Below, in pieces: positions 45,562 through 56,794 of a stretch of DNA of 56,794 nucleotides (its first letter is position 1; each line of letters opens with the position of its first letter). The notes under the pieces were generated by a model. That model saw only the letters and a list, made by a program, of their open reading frames with translations. It did no database searches and was not told the DNA's origin. Where the stretch lies: positions 1 through 56,794 of the forward strand of contig MEDY01000173.1 of the NCBI GenBank assembly GCA_001724265.1. Reading direction: 5' to 3'. The position numbers and the translations under genes were made by a program. This stretch comes from Rhizaria sp. SCN 62-66 (lineage: Eukaryota).

Positions 45562-48500
45562 ATGTCCTCATTCCTGCTTCCCGCGTCCGGCGGTCTTCCT
45601 CAGCAACACAACAACAGCAGCATGCAGCAGGTGACATCCGGCGCTGGCCTTACTGCCAGCGCCTGCGGCGGCGGCCCCGGCGGCCTCGCGCCCCCTGCGT
45701 TCCTGCCCCCACCGCCCTCTGGGCTGCCCGCGGCGCTGTCTGCGTACTGGGCCGCCCCGCCCTGGCGCCCGCGCGCGTTCGGCCGGCTGTACTCGGACGC
45801 GAGCGCACACCTGGGCGAGGGCACCTACGGCAGCGTGACGCTGCACCGCGCCAAGGAGCCCGTGCCGCTGCCCGAGCTGGCCTCCCCCACGCAGGGCTTT
45901 CTCCGGGAGCTTGACAGCAGTAGCAGCAGCAACAGCAGCTCTGCGGCTGTGACCGTTGCGACCGGTCTCGGCGCCGCCGCCGCGGCCCCGCGCCTGCCCG
46001 CGGAGCTGCGGCCCTTTCACACGGTGCTGGCGGCGGGCACCGAGGTCGCGGCCAAGGGCCTGCGGCTGGCCGAGTCGGCCGAGGACGGCTTCCCGTTCAC
46101 CTCGGTCCGCGAGATCACCGCCCTCAAAGCCCTTAACGCACCCGCCGCGCCCATGGACGCCGGGAACGCGTGCCCCACGGGTGCCGTTGGTTCCGGGGGG
46201 CTGACGCACCCGTGCGACTCGCGGGAGCAGGTCGTGACGCTGAACCAAGTCGTTTCCTCGCACAACTATTGTCTCACGACGACACTGCCCGTCGACGCCA
46301 AGCCCCCCCCGTCTCTGCCCCAGTCTACGCCCCAGCCGCAGGTGCAGTCAGGCTTTAGCTCTAGCTTCGGCACAAGCTTGGGCTCTACCAGCGCGCTGCC
46401 CGCGGCCCCCGCCCCGCCGCCGACCGCGTCTGCGCTGCAGCGGCACGGGCTCGGCCTCTCGGTCGCCGGCGCGGGTTCCGTCCTCACCGCGCTCTACTAC
46501 TGCGCCGTCGCAGACGCCTCCAGCTCTAGCAGCGCCAGCGCTAGCAGCTCAAGCAGCAACGCAACGCGCTCTAGCTGTTTCACGAGCCAGACTCGGAACG
46601 CCACGGCGCTCGGCCTTGCGATGGCCCCCGCGGCCGCCGACGCGGGCGCGCTCCGGGCCGCGCTTGCCGCCATTGCCGCCCCTGCCGCTGCGGCGGCGGC
46701 AGCAGCGGCGACGGCGGCGGCTGCTGCGACGGCCGCGGCAGAGGAGGAGGCCGTCGCCGCGACGGCGACTGCTGCCGCGGCCGCGGCTACGGCGGCGGCG
46801 GTTGCTGCGGCGGACGCGGCGCTGGCGACGCGGCTGCGCGACGAGACCGCCGCCTTCGCTGCGGCCGAGGCCGCGTGGCTCAATGCCGCCACCGCCGCCG
46901 CCACTGCCAGCGTCACCGCTGCCTCGATGACGGACTCAGAGACCGCTGCCGGCTCTAGCTCCAGCTCCAGCTCTAGCTCAGCGCTGACCGCTGCGAGCGC
47001 GAGCGCGAGCGCGCGCCCGCTACCGCCGCCCCCGCACGTGCCGCTGCGCGCACAGCTGCAGTCGCTGGTGTTGTTGCCGTGGTACCTATCCCCCGCCGCG
47101 CCCGGCCACTCCCCGGCCTCCGCCTCCACAACCTCCGCCCCGACAGCCTCTTCCACGCCAGCCTCCGCGTCGGCGTCAGCGTCTGGCGCGGCGTGCGTGC
47201 CCGCGACGGTGCGCGGCTTTAAGGACACGGTGTACTTGGTGCTGGAGCGGTGTGACACCGACGTGAGCCGGCTGCTGCAGTGGCACCAAACCAACGCCGC
47301 CACGCTCTACCAGCTCCAGCAGCAGCGACTCCAGCAGCAGCAGCGCCAGCAGCAGCAGCGCGGCGGGTACCGCGGCGCGTACTCCGGCAGCGGCGGCGGC
47401 CAGCAGCAGCCGCCGCAGCCCGAGCAGCTGCAGCTGCCGCTGGATCTGACCCAGTTCCTGTTGTACTCCGTGCTGCGCGGTCTGTACGCGATGCACGCGC
47501 ACGGCTACCTGCACCGCGACTTCAAGCCCGCGAACGTGTTGCTCTCGCACCGCGGCGCGTGCAAGCTCGCCGACTTCGGGCTGGCGCGGCCCGCGGTGCT
47601 CGGGAAGCCCTGTACACCCAACGTCGTCACCAGCTTCTACCGGTACGCGCGATCCCTAGAACAAAGCGAGTTATTGAGCGGTCTATCGATGATATCGGGA
47701 TATTTGTGATTTACTTATTTATGGTTTCTGAAATTCTTTTCAGATTTCTTGTTTAATTTTATCGTACTTCTGTCATCACGACATGCTTCCTAACTATGAT
47801 TCGTCATTCCCTATCCTTTTTTGCGGTCTGTTCTCCCCCCCAGCGCCCCCGAGGTGTGCATGCTGCTTCGCTCGGGCTCCAAGTCACCCGACTGGGGCTA
47901 CGGCGCGCCTCTCGACCTCTGGGCCGTGGGCTGCTTCTTCTACGAGCTCTTGACCGGGCGCATCCTGTTCCGCGTCGTCAACAGTGACGTCGTCCAGGAG
48001 GCGCGGCAGCTGGTCGAGCAGGCCTTCGAGCTCTGCGGCACGCCCACGCCCGCGACCTGGCCGCAGATGCGCGAGTACCCCTTCTACCGCAGCTCCAACA
48101 GCAACAACAACAGCAGCTCGAGCAACAGCTCGAATGCGACTGCAGCGGCGCCGAGCCTGGCGGCGCCCGCACTGCCGACGCAGCCGACGCCGCGCGCGCT
48201 GCGGCGGCGTCTGGGCCCGTTCATTGCGCACCCGCTGGCGCTCGACCTGCTGGACCGGCTGCTCGTCGTCGAGCCCGCGCGGCGCCTCACTGCCGAGCAG
48301 GCGCTCCTTCATCCCTTCTTCGGCCGCGCCTTCGCAGACGAGCTGGAGGCCTTCGCCGCCGCCGCCGCGGGCTCGCAGTCGCCCCGTGCCGCGCTGCTGG
48401 CCCGCCGCGCGCGCGCCGCGCTGGCGGACGCGAACGCGCGGTACAAGGACCTGCTCCAGCTCCAGGCGCAGCAGGCGCAGCAACAGGGTCTCATGCCCAA

Positions 48501-50243
48501 CGCTGCTGCTGCTGCTGCTGCGGGGGCTGCGGGGGCTGCTGCAGCGGGCGCGCCCCCGGTGCTGCCCGGCTCCGTTTGGGCTTCACTGTACGGGCCCGCG
48601 CTGGAGGACGTGGCTGCGCGGCCCCCCGTTGCTGCCGAGCGCGTGCGCTGGCCCGAAGCCGCCAACGCCGCGCTCGCGACCGCGCACAAGTATCCCGGCA
48701 GCGTCGGCACGCAGCTCGCAGAGCTCGCCAAGCGGCGCGCCGCGGCGCTCAACAGGACCGCCGCCGGCGGCGGCGCGGCGGCTATGCCTGGCGCCGTTGC
48801 GGGCGCGATGGGCGCGATGGGCGCTGGCGCTGGCTCTTGCGTTGTCGGCGGCTTCGGCTACGGCGGCGTCGCGGGCGTTGGCGGCATGGGCATGGGCATG
48901 GGCGGCATGCCGATGAACATGATGGGCATGGGCATGGCCGGCGGTATGGGCATGCACAACCCCATGATGGGCGCAATGGGCGGCGCTATGGGCGCGATGA
49001 ACCCGATGGCGGCCTATCAGCAGCAGCAGCAGCAGCAGCAGATGCAACTACAGCAGCAGCAGGCGCAGGTGCAGGCGCAGCAGCAGGCGCTGCAGGGCCC
49101 ACAGCTGCAGGCTCTGCTGTCGGCCGCGCCCGCCGCTCTGCCCGCGCAGTCTGACGCGGTGGCGTGCCGCGCGCTGGCCGAGCACCTCGCGCGCGTTCAG
49201 TGGGCCATCGCCGCGCTGCGCCAGAGCATGGCCGCCGTCAACGCGGAGCTCTGCGCGCTTGCGCCGGGGCTCCGCAGCAAGGCCAACGCCGATACCAGCG
49301 CCGGCGCCAATGCCAACGCGATGGCTGCGAGCGCCGCTGGTGCGAGCGCCGCGGCGACTGCGCGGGTGTCGATGGCGGAGATAACGCAGTGGGCGGCGGC
49401 CGCGGTCCCGCAGGCGGCGCGCTATCTCTCGCTGCTCGCGGACATGAACGCGGCCTTGGCGCACCTGTCGGCGCAGTGCGCGTGCGCGAGCGGCAGCTGG
49501 TGCTGGGGCGAGCTGCTCCGCGCGATGCCTGGCCTCGCTGCGTACACTACGAGCGGCGCCAACGCGAGCGCCAGTGCCGCCGACGGCGCGGGGGCGGGCG
49601 CTGGCGCTGCCGAGGCTGGGGGCGAGCGCAACGCGAAGCGCGCGCGCGTCGTTGACTCCGGCTCCGGCGCGGCGGACGCTGATGCGGAGGCCGTGCTGCC
49701 CTCGCCGGCCTCGCAGCAGCAACAGCAGCAGCAGGAGCAGAAGCAGCCTAAGCAGCGCCGGTCGCGGTCCCGGTCGCGGTCGCGCAGCCGCGACCGTGAC
49801 CGGGACCGCAGTGAGAGCAAAGACAAAGACAAGAGGGGCAAGTCCGGCGACCGTGAGCGCGACCGTGAGCGCGGGCGCAAGGCCAGTCGCGAGCAGGGCA
49901 AGGACCAGCCGCAGAGTGACCATGCCGCGCCAGCGACTGCACCAGCGATTACGAATGACGCCGTGAGAGCCAGCGCCGCGTCCGGCTTTGCGCCGCCCGC
50001 GCCGCCGCCCGCTGGCTTCACTGCCGCCAAAACGGCCGCTGACGTCGCTAACGCGACCAGCAACAGCAACAGCAACGCTGCCTCTGCCGCTGGAGCTGGC
50101 GCTGGCGCTGGGAGCAGTGTGGCTGCCGCGTTCGGCCTCGCTCCCGCCGCCGCTGCTGGCGGTGCCGCTGCTGCTGCTGCTGGGGCCGGCGCGAACATAA
50201 TGCAGATGCAGCAGCAACAGCAAATGATGTTGATGCAGCAACA

Positions 50244-50274
<31 letters not shown>

Positions 50275-51090
50275 ATGATACTCCAGCAGCATCAGCAGCT
50301 CCAGCAGCAGCAACAGATGGCTGCAGGCATGCAAGCCGGAGGCATGGGCTCTATGATGGCGCCCGCTATGATGGGCGCCGGCATGGGCGGCATGGGCGGC
50401 ATGAACAACATGGCGTACATGCAACAACAGCAGCAACAGTACCAGCAGCAGCAGCAGCAGATGCAGCAAATGCAACAAATGCAGCAGATGCAACAGATGC
50501 AGCAGATGCAGCAACAGCAGCAGCAGGCGATGATGGCCAATCCCATGGGCATGGGCATGATGGCCAATCCTATGGCGAACCCTATGGCCGGTCAGATGGG
50601 CATGATGGGCGGCGGCATGGCGATGAACCCCATGCAACAGCACATGGGCATGGGCATGGGCTCTATGAACCCCATGGGCGCCGCGATGGGCGGCATGGGC
50701 GGCATGGGTGGTATGAACTCCATGGGCGGCATGGGCAACCCCATGGGCGCCGCGATGGGTGCCGCGATGAACCCCATGATGATGGGCGCAGGTGCTGTCA
50801 TGCAGCCCGGAATGGCTGGCGGTATGGGCATGGGCGCTATGGGCGGCATGGGCACAATGGGCGGCATGGGCGGCATGGGCATGGCCGGAATGGGCGGAAT
50901 GAACGGCATGGGCGGCATGGTCGGCATGGGCGGCGGCGCGGCAGCGGCGGCGTTTGGGCTCACTGGCGGCACGGGCGCCGGCGTCGGCGTCGGTGGTAAT
51001 GCCGCCGTCGCGGGCGCGGGCACAGGTGTGGCTGCGCCCGGACAAGGGGCCGGGGACGTCAGCGCATTGTACGGCATGGGCAATCGGTAA
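45562..51090 (+). CDS. Transcription/splicing-type CDK (CDK9/11/12-like), ~1775 aa, with insertions, RS/RD region and Gln/Met/Gly-rich C-terminus; exons 45562-47642, 47844-51090
   Basis: LGEGTYGSV, VAAK, EDGFPFTSVREI, HRDFKPANVL, KLADFGLAR, TPNVVTSFYR|APE across the intron, DLWAVGC, LDLLDRLL..P.RRLTAEQALLHPFF, RSRSRSRSRSRDRDRDR. Start ATG is a best guess. Stop TAA. Confidence 0.9.
47643..47843 (+). other. Intron of second CDK gene (201 nt)
   Basis: CG|GTACGC ... CCCCAG|C rebuilds the conserved YRAPE motif; CTAAC branch-like site near 47790. Confidence 0.95.
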
Positions 51091-51363
51091 GCAAACCCCC
51101 GTCGATTATCCCGTTCAAGTTCGTCGAGTTGTCTTTTTTGTGAGCAACTAGGGAAAATATGTTTATTCTTCACATCTAGAAAGTCGGAGATCATGCAATG
51201 ACTCCTTTTGATTGAGTCTTGGAATGAGAAAACAGTGAAAATAAGAAATTCAAACTTTTAAATCAATCAAATTCTTCGTCATCATACTTATTATTATTGT
51301 CGTCAATACACTGACTTAACTTATTCGCCAAGTGGCACACAGGCTTACTGCGCATGCGTGAGA

Positions 51364-54300
51364 TTACTTCTTTGCAGTTGATGAATGGATTGAGGAAGAA
51401 GCAACAGAGCCACTCAGCCTGCGCGCCTTACTCTTGTTGGCCGTGTAGTGCACCGACGGCCGCAGCGGCCGCCGCTCACGTTCACTAGCAACCTCGGGGT
51501 TATCGGTGCTTGCGTAAACACCATCTTGGTTCGTGACAACAGCCCTGCTGCTGTTGTTAATGTTGCTGGCGCTGCCAAGACTGGCGCTCGAGTCAGAGAG
51601 GGATACGGCCCCAGCCACGTCATCGACGCTGTCGCCCACATACGCGTACAGGCCCCTCGGGTCGCCCCACTGCCCCGCCCGCGCACTAGAGCTCGCACTG
51701 GCGCTCGCAGCCTCACCCGCAGTCTCGGCCTCAGCGCGAGTCTGATCGGCTTTGTCCGCAACAGCGCCACCCGTGGCGGCGACCACCGCTGCATGCGCGG
51801 CCGCGGCCGCCGCAGCGGAGAGCGGGTGCTTGTCGCCGGAGCGAAGCGGGCGCGCCGCGGGGGATGACAGCGCTCCGTAGCCGAAGCTGGCGCCGTAGCC
51901 ATAGCCATCGAGCGGCACGTAGTCGTCCTCCGCGTGCGCGTCGCCGTCGTCGTCGCCGTCGTCTTCGTTGTCGTCAGCGTCAGCAACAGCAATAAAAACA
52001 TTCGCGGCGACTGAATCAGCGCTGCCGCTGTTCTTGGACAGGGGCTTGTTGTTCGAGCGCCGGACGGGAGTCATGTAGCTGAGGTCACTGGAGCTGAGGT
52101 GCTCAGGTTGTTGACTCTGCCGATGTTGCAAGTCGCTCTGCTCGTCGTCAACCTCAGGGAACGCCGCTAACACAGTGCCAGAGCGAGTGCTCGCGGGCGT
52201 GCGAGCGCGACTGCGAGTGCCAGCGCGAGCGCCCGTGGGCGTGTGCGTGTGCGCGTGCGTGTGCTGGCGGCTGCGAGTGGAATTGTGCTTGCACGCATGA
52301 GAGGGCGTGGGAGACTGCGGGAGAGAAGGAGAAAAGTCAGCACAGGCATGATTCACTAAATCGTCGCTATTGTCATAGTCGATGCAACACTCACAGCCAT
52401 CACTGCCACTGTCAGTGCCACTGTCGCTGCCACTTTCACTAGAAGAAGAGTTTACGCGACGGCGACTATTGCGTTCACCGATGCTGCCATCAAGACTATC
52501 AGGGCCGTCAGCTGCAGTACCAGTCACACTGGCATCATCAGCGCCAGTCAAGCTCTCGCGCTCACTCACCTTCTTACCGCCCTTGCTATGCTTACCCTTG
52601 CTCTTGCGGGCGCACTTGCTCATGCGCCCGTCAGCAGCCACCTCGGCCGCCGCAGCCTTGGCCTCCGCCGCGGCCGCCGTGGGCGTGCGCGCGACGAACA
52701 GCGCTAGCGCCGCAGCCTCACGCGCGGCGGCAGAGCTGACACTGTCGCTGTGACGGTCATTGCGGCTGTTGCTGTTGCTACTGTTGCTGCTGCTCGTGTG
52801 GCTGATGTTACCCGCGTTGTGGTAGTTGTTCACAATGTGAGTGATATTGCCGCTGCTGTTGCTATGACTGTCGTTGTGACTGCTACTGCTACTGCTGCTG
52901 CTGTTGCTGCTACTGTTGCTGCTGCTGTTGCTGTTGCTGTCACCGCTGTTGCCGTGGCTGCGGCCTAGACTGTGCGCGCTGTGGAAGCTCGGCGTGGGCG
53001 GACCCGGGAAGCCAAACCGGGGCCGTGCGGTCGTCGGCGTCACATTCGCGACATCAGAACTGTTGTTATGCACAGTGCTGCTGCTGCGGCTGCTGCTGTT
53101 GCTGATGTTGCGAACACTGCGAGGGCTGGCGACGCTGATGCCACGCGCGTCGGTGTGAGCCTCGGTGTTCACGTGGAGGCTAGAGCTAGTGCTAGGTTTT
53201 GCGCTCGCAGCAGAGCCCGTGCTCGGGCTGGGAACGGTGAGCGCAGCAGGCACGAACCAGGGATACACGCGTAACTCAGACCGCGACGGTGACTCTGACG
53301 GTGCCTGCGATATCCGCTGTGCGTGTGACAGCGAAGAAACAGGCGAGAGCTGCAACAACTGCACATTGACGCTCTGACGCGTCGCAACATCGCCCATCGC
53401 AGCCTCGGAACCATCTTCTGCCTCAGCCTCAGCCTCAACCTCCGCCTCAGCCTCAGCTAGCGTGGCCTCGGCCTCGGCCCTGGTGCTCGCGGCGCGCACG
53501 ACGGCGGCCAGCGCCTTGGCGCGCGCGTGAGGCGCCGCCACCGCGGCCAGCGTGGGGGCCGCGGCGGCCACAGCGTGCCGCGCGGCGCGGGCCGCGGCCG
53601 GGGACATCGGCGCCAGGCGCTGGCGCAGCGCAGCTCGCGCTGAGAGCGGGAGGCGGCCGGAGACGGCGGCAGAGTGGCTGCTGTAGGAAGCATCAGCAGA
53701 GCTCGAGCCGGTGAAAACGAGCTCTTTGGTGGTGCTGGTAGCGAGTGTGGGCACATGTAAGAGCGTGTTGCCTGAATCTAAGGGGGAAAGCGAGTCAATA
53801 CGCGAGTGTAGGTGCGCACATAGTGGGGTGGCGTGCAGAGCCGCGTCCTGCTCTAAGTAGGAGGCAGATGTCAGGGTTTGGGACGCGGGAAGAGTGGTTC
53901 CTGTCGCAAAGCTTGCGCCACTAGTTGCCTGAACATCGAGGTCACCCACAGCGTCGTCCATCGTAGCCGTAGTCAAAGTCGTGGTAGCAGCGTCAGTCGT
54001 CTTACGAGCAAGCGTCACAAGCGCAGCAGGGCCATCGATCGTCATGGCTTCAGCATGGTGTCCGTCGCCGTGACTCAGGCTGCTGCTGCTGCCGCTAAGA
54101 CTACTACTTGCAAGATCATCGTTACGGAGATCAGCGATGCACGGAGTAGCGCCGTCGCCGCTCTCATGCCCACAGCCACTCTCTTCCTGCCGCTCGTGCC
54201 CCAGCGGCTCCAGGTCGCTCCACTCTTCGCGCTCCCGCCGGTAGCCCCGCTGCGCCAGCCACCCAGCCAGCCTGCGCGGACCCACCACCGCGGCCGCGGC

Positions 54301-56794
54301 GCGTCCGGCGCCGTACAGCGCCGCGGCCGCCAGCGCGGGCAGGGTCGCCACAGTTCCAGCCGCAGTCATCGTCTCGGTCTCGAACGCGTTGCCAGCGCTA
54401 GAGCCAGCGCTGAAGCTAGAGCTAGAGCTAACTACGGGGTTGCGCGTCGCGCTAGCGCTGTTGGGGAGGCTGGAGGCCGTCAGCGAGGTGGAAACGGGGA
54501 CGAGAGTCAGAGTCTCGCTGCTGAGCGCGAGCTGCGTGCTCCGACCGGCGCTCTCACCCCCGGCAGCGGTGGCGCCGTTCGTCTGCGTGAAGTCTTTGTG
54601 CGAGCTCGCTGCGGCGACGGCGGACAGATACGTCTTGAGCGTCACCGTTGGCGGCTCCACTGCCGCAGCTGCAGCTCCACCGTGAGAGCTAGCATCGGCG
54701 GCAGCCACAGCGTCCGCCGTCTCTCTCCCTGCAACAGCAGCGGCGTCGCGATTAGCCGCGGCCAACATCGGCCAGCAGTAGGCCGCCGCCGTGGCCGCCG
54801 CCGCGGCCGTGGCCGCCGTGGCCGCGGCCCACGCCGGGCCGGCCCTCTGTCCCACGGCCTCCGCCACCCCCTCGGGTAGCAGCGCAGTCGCACGCGCCGC
54901 CGCAGCCTCCGCGCGCGCCGCTACCGCGCCCGCGCCCGCGGCGACGGCGCCCGCGCTCGATAGCACGGCGCTGGCGGCGGCCGCGGAGGCGGCGGCGCGG
55001 GTGCGCGCCGCCAGTGCGGCGGCCGACGTCGAAAAAGCGGTGGCTGAGCTGGACACGGCGGCCGCGGTGCGCGCGAGAGAGTCGATGAGGCCGCTGTCGG
55101 TGCCGAGCGCGGGGAGCACCGACACCGGCACCGGCGCCGGTGCCAGGGCAAGAGCAAGAGCGGTATCAGGGCTTGCTGTAACAGCAGTGACGGGCGTCGC
55201 AGCGGAGACAGAGAGTTGTTGTTGCTGCTGCTGCTCGGAGTCATCGTGCGTGACGTCAACTACGGTCACACTGCTCCGATGACCCGCACTGCCAGTATGC
55301 TGCTGCTGCTGCTGCTGCGGCTCTTGGTCGCCGGACTTGTACAGCTCGGCCAAGCCTTGCTCGTAGTCGAGCACCTCGACGAACGCGCCCACGGCCCTGT
55401 GCACCGCGCCCGCCGCGCGCCTCCGCGCCGCCGCCACCGTCTCCCGCGCACGCGCCATGTGCCGCTGCGCCGTCTCCACGCGGCCCTGCAGGCGCCGGCC
55501 CGCGCGCGCGGCGCGGCGGCCCGCGGCCTCGGCGGCGGCGTCCACCACCACTGTCGCTGCGTCCCTCAGCTGCGCCGCGCGCGCCAGCGCCGCCCCTGCC
55601 GCGTCACTGGCCGCGACGACTGCAGCGGCGGCCGAGGGGTGCGCGCGCGCGGCCGAGGTCAGCGCGGCGGTGGCGCGGTGACGGGCGGCGGCCGCCGCGG
55701 CGGAGGCCAGGACGGCGGGCGCGGCGCGGGCGACTGCGGCGGCGTACAGAGGGGCTGGGATTGCATCAGTTCTCACATTGAAAGATGAGCTCGAGTCGTT
55801 GTTGTTGCTGCTGCTGCTATACGGGTAGGGGCGACGGCGGCGGGTCTTGGCAACAGTGCTCGTGGCGTTGGCGGCAGGGAGAACAGCCTTTGTGACAGCA
55901 AACACAGCCATGCCTCCATCATCGTCGTCGTCTTGCATACTCGCAGCGCTATTGGCAGCGTTGCCCAGGTCTGGCTCACCGCCGCTGAACACATGACTGA
56001 TGCCGACGACGTCGCTGTTGTTGTTACTCAAAGCACCACTGCTGTTGCGGGGGCTATTGCTCGTGTCGCAGTCATAATCATAGTCGCTACTGCTGTCTTT
56101 CTCATAGTCGTCGCTGCTGTCTCTATCAGAACCGGAACCAGAGTCTGAGCCAGAGCTAGAGCAGTCGCGGCTACGAGCGACAGAGCTCGAGCCAGAGCCA
56201 GAGACAATGACAGCGTTCGCCAACCGTGGCCGCGGCCGCGAACGAGCATTTGACTGCGACTGAGACTGAGCAAGCAGGACAGCGCGCGCCGCAGCGGCCA
56301 TCGCAAACGCCCTTTGCGCCCGCAGCCACTGGTCCCTGCCCATCCGGCCCACGACGCCGGCCACGCCCGCGCGATTCGCACTCGAAGCGGAGTCAGGAGC
56401 GGCCACGAGACTACTCCCGCTGTTCGCCGCAGAGTAGAGATGCAAGCACGCGTCCCTGTTGGCGTCTAAGTACCTACTTACGCACGCGACGGCCCGCCGG
56501 TCGACCCGCTGCCACAGCGGCGCCGCCGCGGCCGCCGCGCGCAGCAACGCCCGCCGCTGCGCGCGCACCGCCGGCGCGCGCGACAGGACCAGGGCCAGCG
56601 TCGCGGCCGCGGCAGACGCGGACTGCGCCGCCGCAGCGGCAGCGCCAGCAACGGCGACCCGAGCGCGGCGACCCCTGCCCGCCACGGCGTCGGCGGCGGC
56701 AGCGGCGGTCGCGGTGACTGCCGCGGATACCGCTGCCGCAGAGGCGAGCGCGGGCGCGAGCGCAGGGCGCGCCGCCGCCGCCGCCGCGGCCGCC
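51364..56794 (-). CDS. Large hypothetical Ala/Ser-rich low-complexity protein (>1800 aa, start beyond right window edge)
   Basis: 1773-codon track ORF whose frame stays open to the window end; TAA followed by an AT-rich spacer; no family recognised. Confidence 0.8.
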   Translation of the reverse strand, partial: AAAAAAAARPALAPALASAAAVSAAVTATAAAAADAVAGRGRRARVAVAGAAAAAAQSASAAAATLALVLSRAPAVRAQRRALLRAAAAAAPLWQRVDRRAVACVSRYLDANRDACLHLYSAANSGSSLVAAPDSASSANRAGVAGVVGRMGRDQWLRAQRAFAMAAAARAVLLAQSQSQSNARSRPRPRLANAVIVSGSGSSSVARSRDCSSSGSDSGSGSDRDSSDDYEKDSSSDYDYDCDTSNSPRNSSGALSNNNSDVVGISHVFSGGEPDLGNAANSAASMQDDDDDGGMAVFAVTKAVLPAANATSTVAKTRRRRPYPYSSSSNNNDSSSSFNVRTDAIPAPLYAAAVARAAPAVLASAAAAAARHRATAALTSAARAHPSAAAAVVAASDAAGAALARAAQLRDAATVVVDAAAEAAGRRAARAGRRLQGRVETAQRHMARARETVAAARRRAAGAVHRAVGAFVEVLDYEQGLAELYKSGDQEPQQQQQQHTGSAGHRSSVTVVDVTHDDSEQQQQQQLSVSAATPVTAVTASPDTALALALAPAPVPVSVLPALGTDSGLIDSLARTAAAVSSSATAFSTSAAALAARTRAAASAAAASAVLSSAGAVAAGAGAVAARAEAAAARATALLPEGVAEAVGQRAGPAWAAATAATAAAAATAAAYCWPMLAAANRDAAAVAGRETADAVAAADASSHGGAAAAAVEPPTVTLKTYLSAVAAASSHKDFTQTNGATAAGGESAGRSTQLALSSETLTLVPVSTSLTASSLPNSASATRNPVVSSSSSFSAGSSAGNAFETETMTAAGTVATLPALAAAALYGAGRAAAAVVGPRRLAGWLAQRGYRREREEWSDLEPLGHERQEESGCGHESGDGATPCIADLRNDDLASSSLSGSSSSLSHGDGHHAEAMTIDGPAALVTLARKTTDAATTTLTTATMDDAVGDLDVQATSGASFATGTTLPASQTLTSASYLEQDAALHATPLCAHLHSRIDSLSPLDSGNTLLHVPTLATSTTKELVFTGSSSADASYSSHSAAVSGRLPLSARAALRQRLAPMSPAAARAARHAVAAAAPTLAAVAAPHARAKALAAVVRAASTRAEAEATLAEAEAEVEAEAEAEDGSEAAMGDVATRQSVNVQLLQLSPVSSLSHAQRISQAPSESPSRSELRVYPWFVPAALTVPSPSTGSAASAKPSTSSSLHVNTEAHTDARGISVASPRSVRNISNSSSRSSSTVHNNSSDVANVTPTTARPRFGFPGPPTPSFHSAHSLGRSHGNSGDSNSNSSSNSSSNSSSSSSSSHNDSHSNSSGNITHIVNNYHNAGNISHTSSSNSSNSNSRNDRHSDSVSSAAAREAAALALFVARTPTAAAAEAKAAAAEVAADGRMSKCARKSKGKHSKGGKKVSERESLTGADDASVTGTAADGPDSLDGSIGERNSRRRVNSSSSESGSDSGTDSGSDGCECCIDYDNSDDLVNHACADFSPSLPQSPTPSHACKHNSTRSRQHTHAHTHTPTGARAGTRSRARTPASTRSGTVLAAFPEVDDEQSDLQHRQSQQPEHLSSSDLSYMTPVRRSNNKPLSKNSGSADSVAANVFIAVADADDNEDDGDDDGDAHAEDDYVPLDGYGYGASFGYGALSSPAARPLRSGDKHPLSAAAAAAAHAAVVAATGGAVADKADQTRAEAETAGEAASASASSSARAGQWGDPRGLYAYVGDSVDDVAGAVSLSDSSASLGSASNINNSSRAVVTNQDGVYASTDNPEVASERERRPLRPSVHYTANKSKARRLSGSVASSSIHSSTAKK

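Noticed and set aside
1-56794. CRISPR arrays, rRNA, tRNA (including a CUA-anticodon tRNA) and transposase/RT genes
   Set aside because: None recognised by eye; repeats are microsatellite-type. A covariance-model search would be needed to exclude small RNAs.

Overview
Eukaryotic (microbial, protist-like) nuclear DNA with very GC-rich coding sequence, short AT- or pyrimidine-rich spliceosomal introns and short AT-rich spacers. I can support ten protein-coding genes: (1) a >2300-aa low-complexity protein running off the left edge (-); (2) a divergent CDK-family kinase with large in-frame insertions (-); (3) a small secreted Gly/Phe/Pro/His-rich protein (+); (4) a TSP1/EGF single-pass membrane protein (-); (5) a DHHC palmitoyltransferase (-); (6) a five-exon ~5730-aa DUF3638/DUF3645-type protein with SF2/SecA-like NTPase motifs, EF-hands, a Vps62/DUF946-like region and an endocytic-motif tail (+); (7) NOC2 (-); (8) eIF5 (+); (9) a transcription-type CDK with RS and Q/M/G-rich tails (+); (10) a >1800-aa low-complexity protein running off the right edge (-). 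The main signal: the TSP1/EGF gene is one continuous frame interrupted only by two in-frame TAG codons, one inside an intact EGF repeat, while none of the nine visible true stops is TAG (6 TAA, 3 TGA). This suggests UAG is decoded as an amino acid, by code reassignment (Leu fits best), readthrough or editing; a recent pseudogene or base-call error is not excluded. All seven frame-verified introns have a GT(A/T)CG donor. I recognised no rRNA, tRNA, CRISPR array or intact mobile element. Domain calls rest on motif recognition by eye, not database searches.
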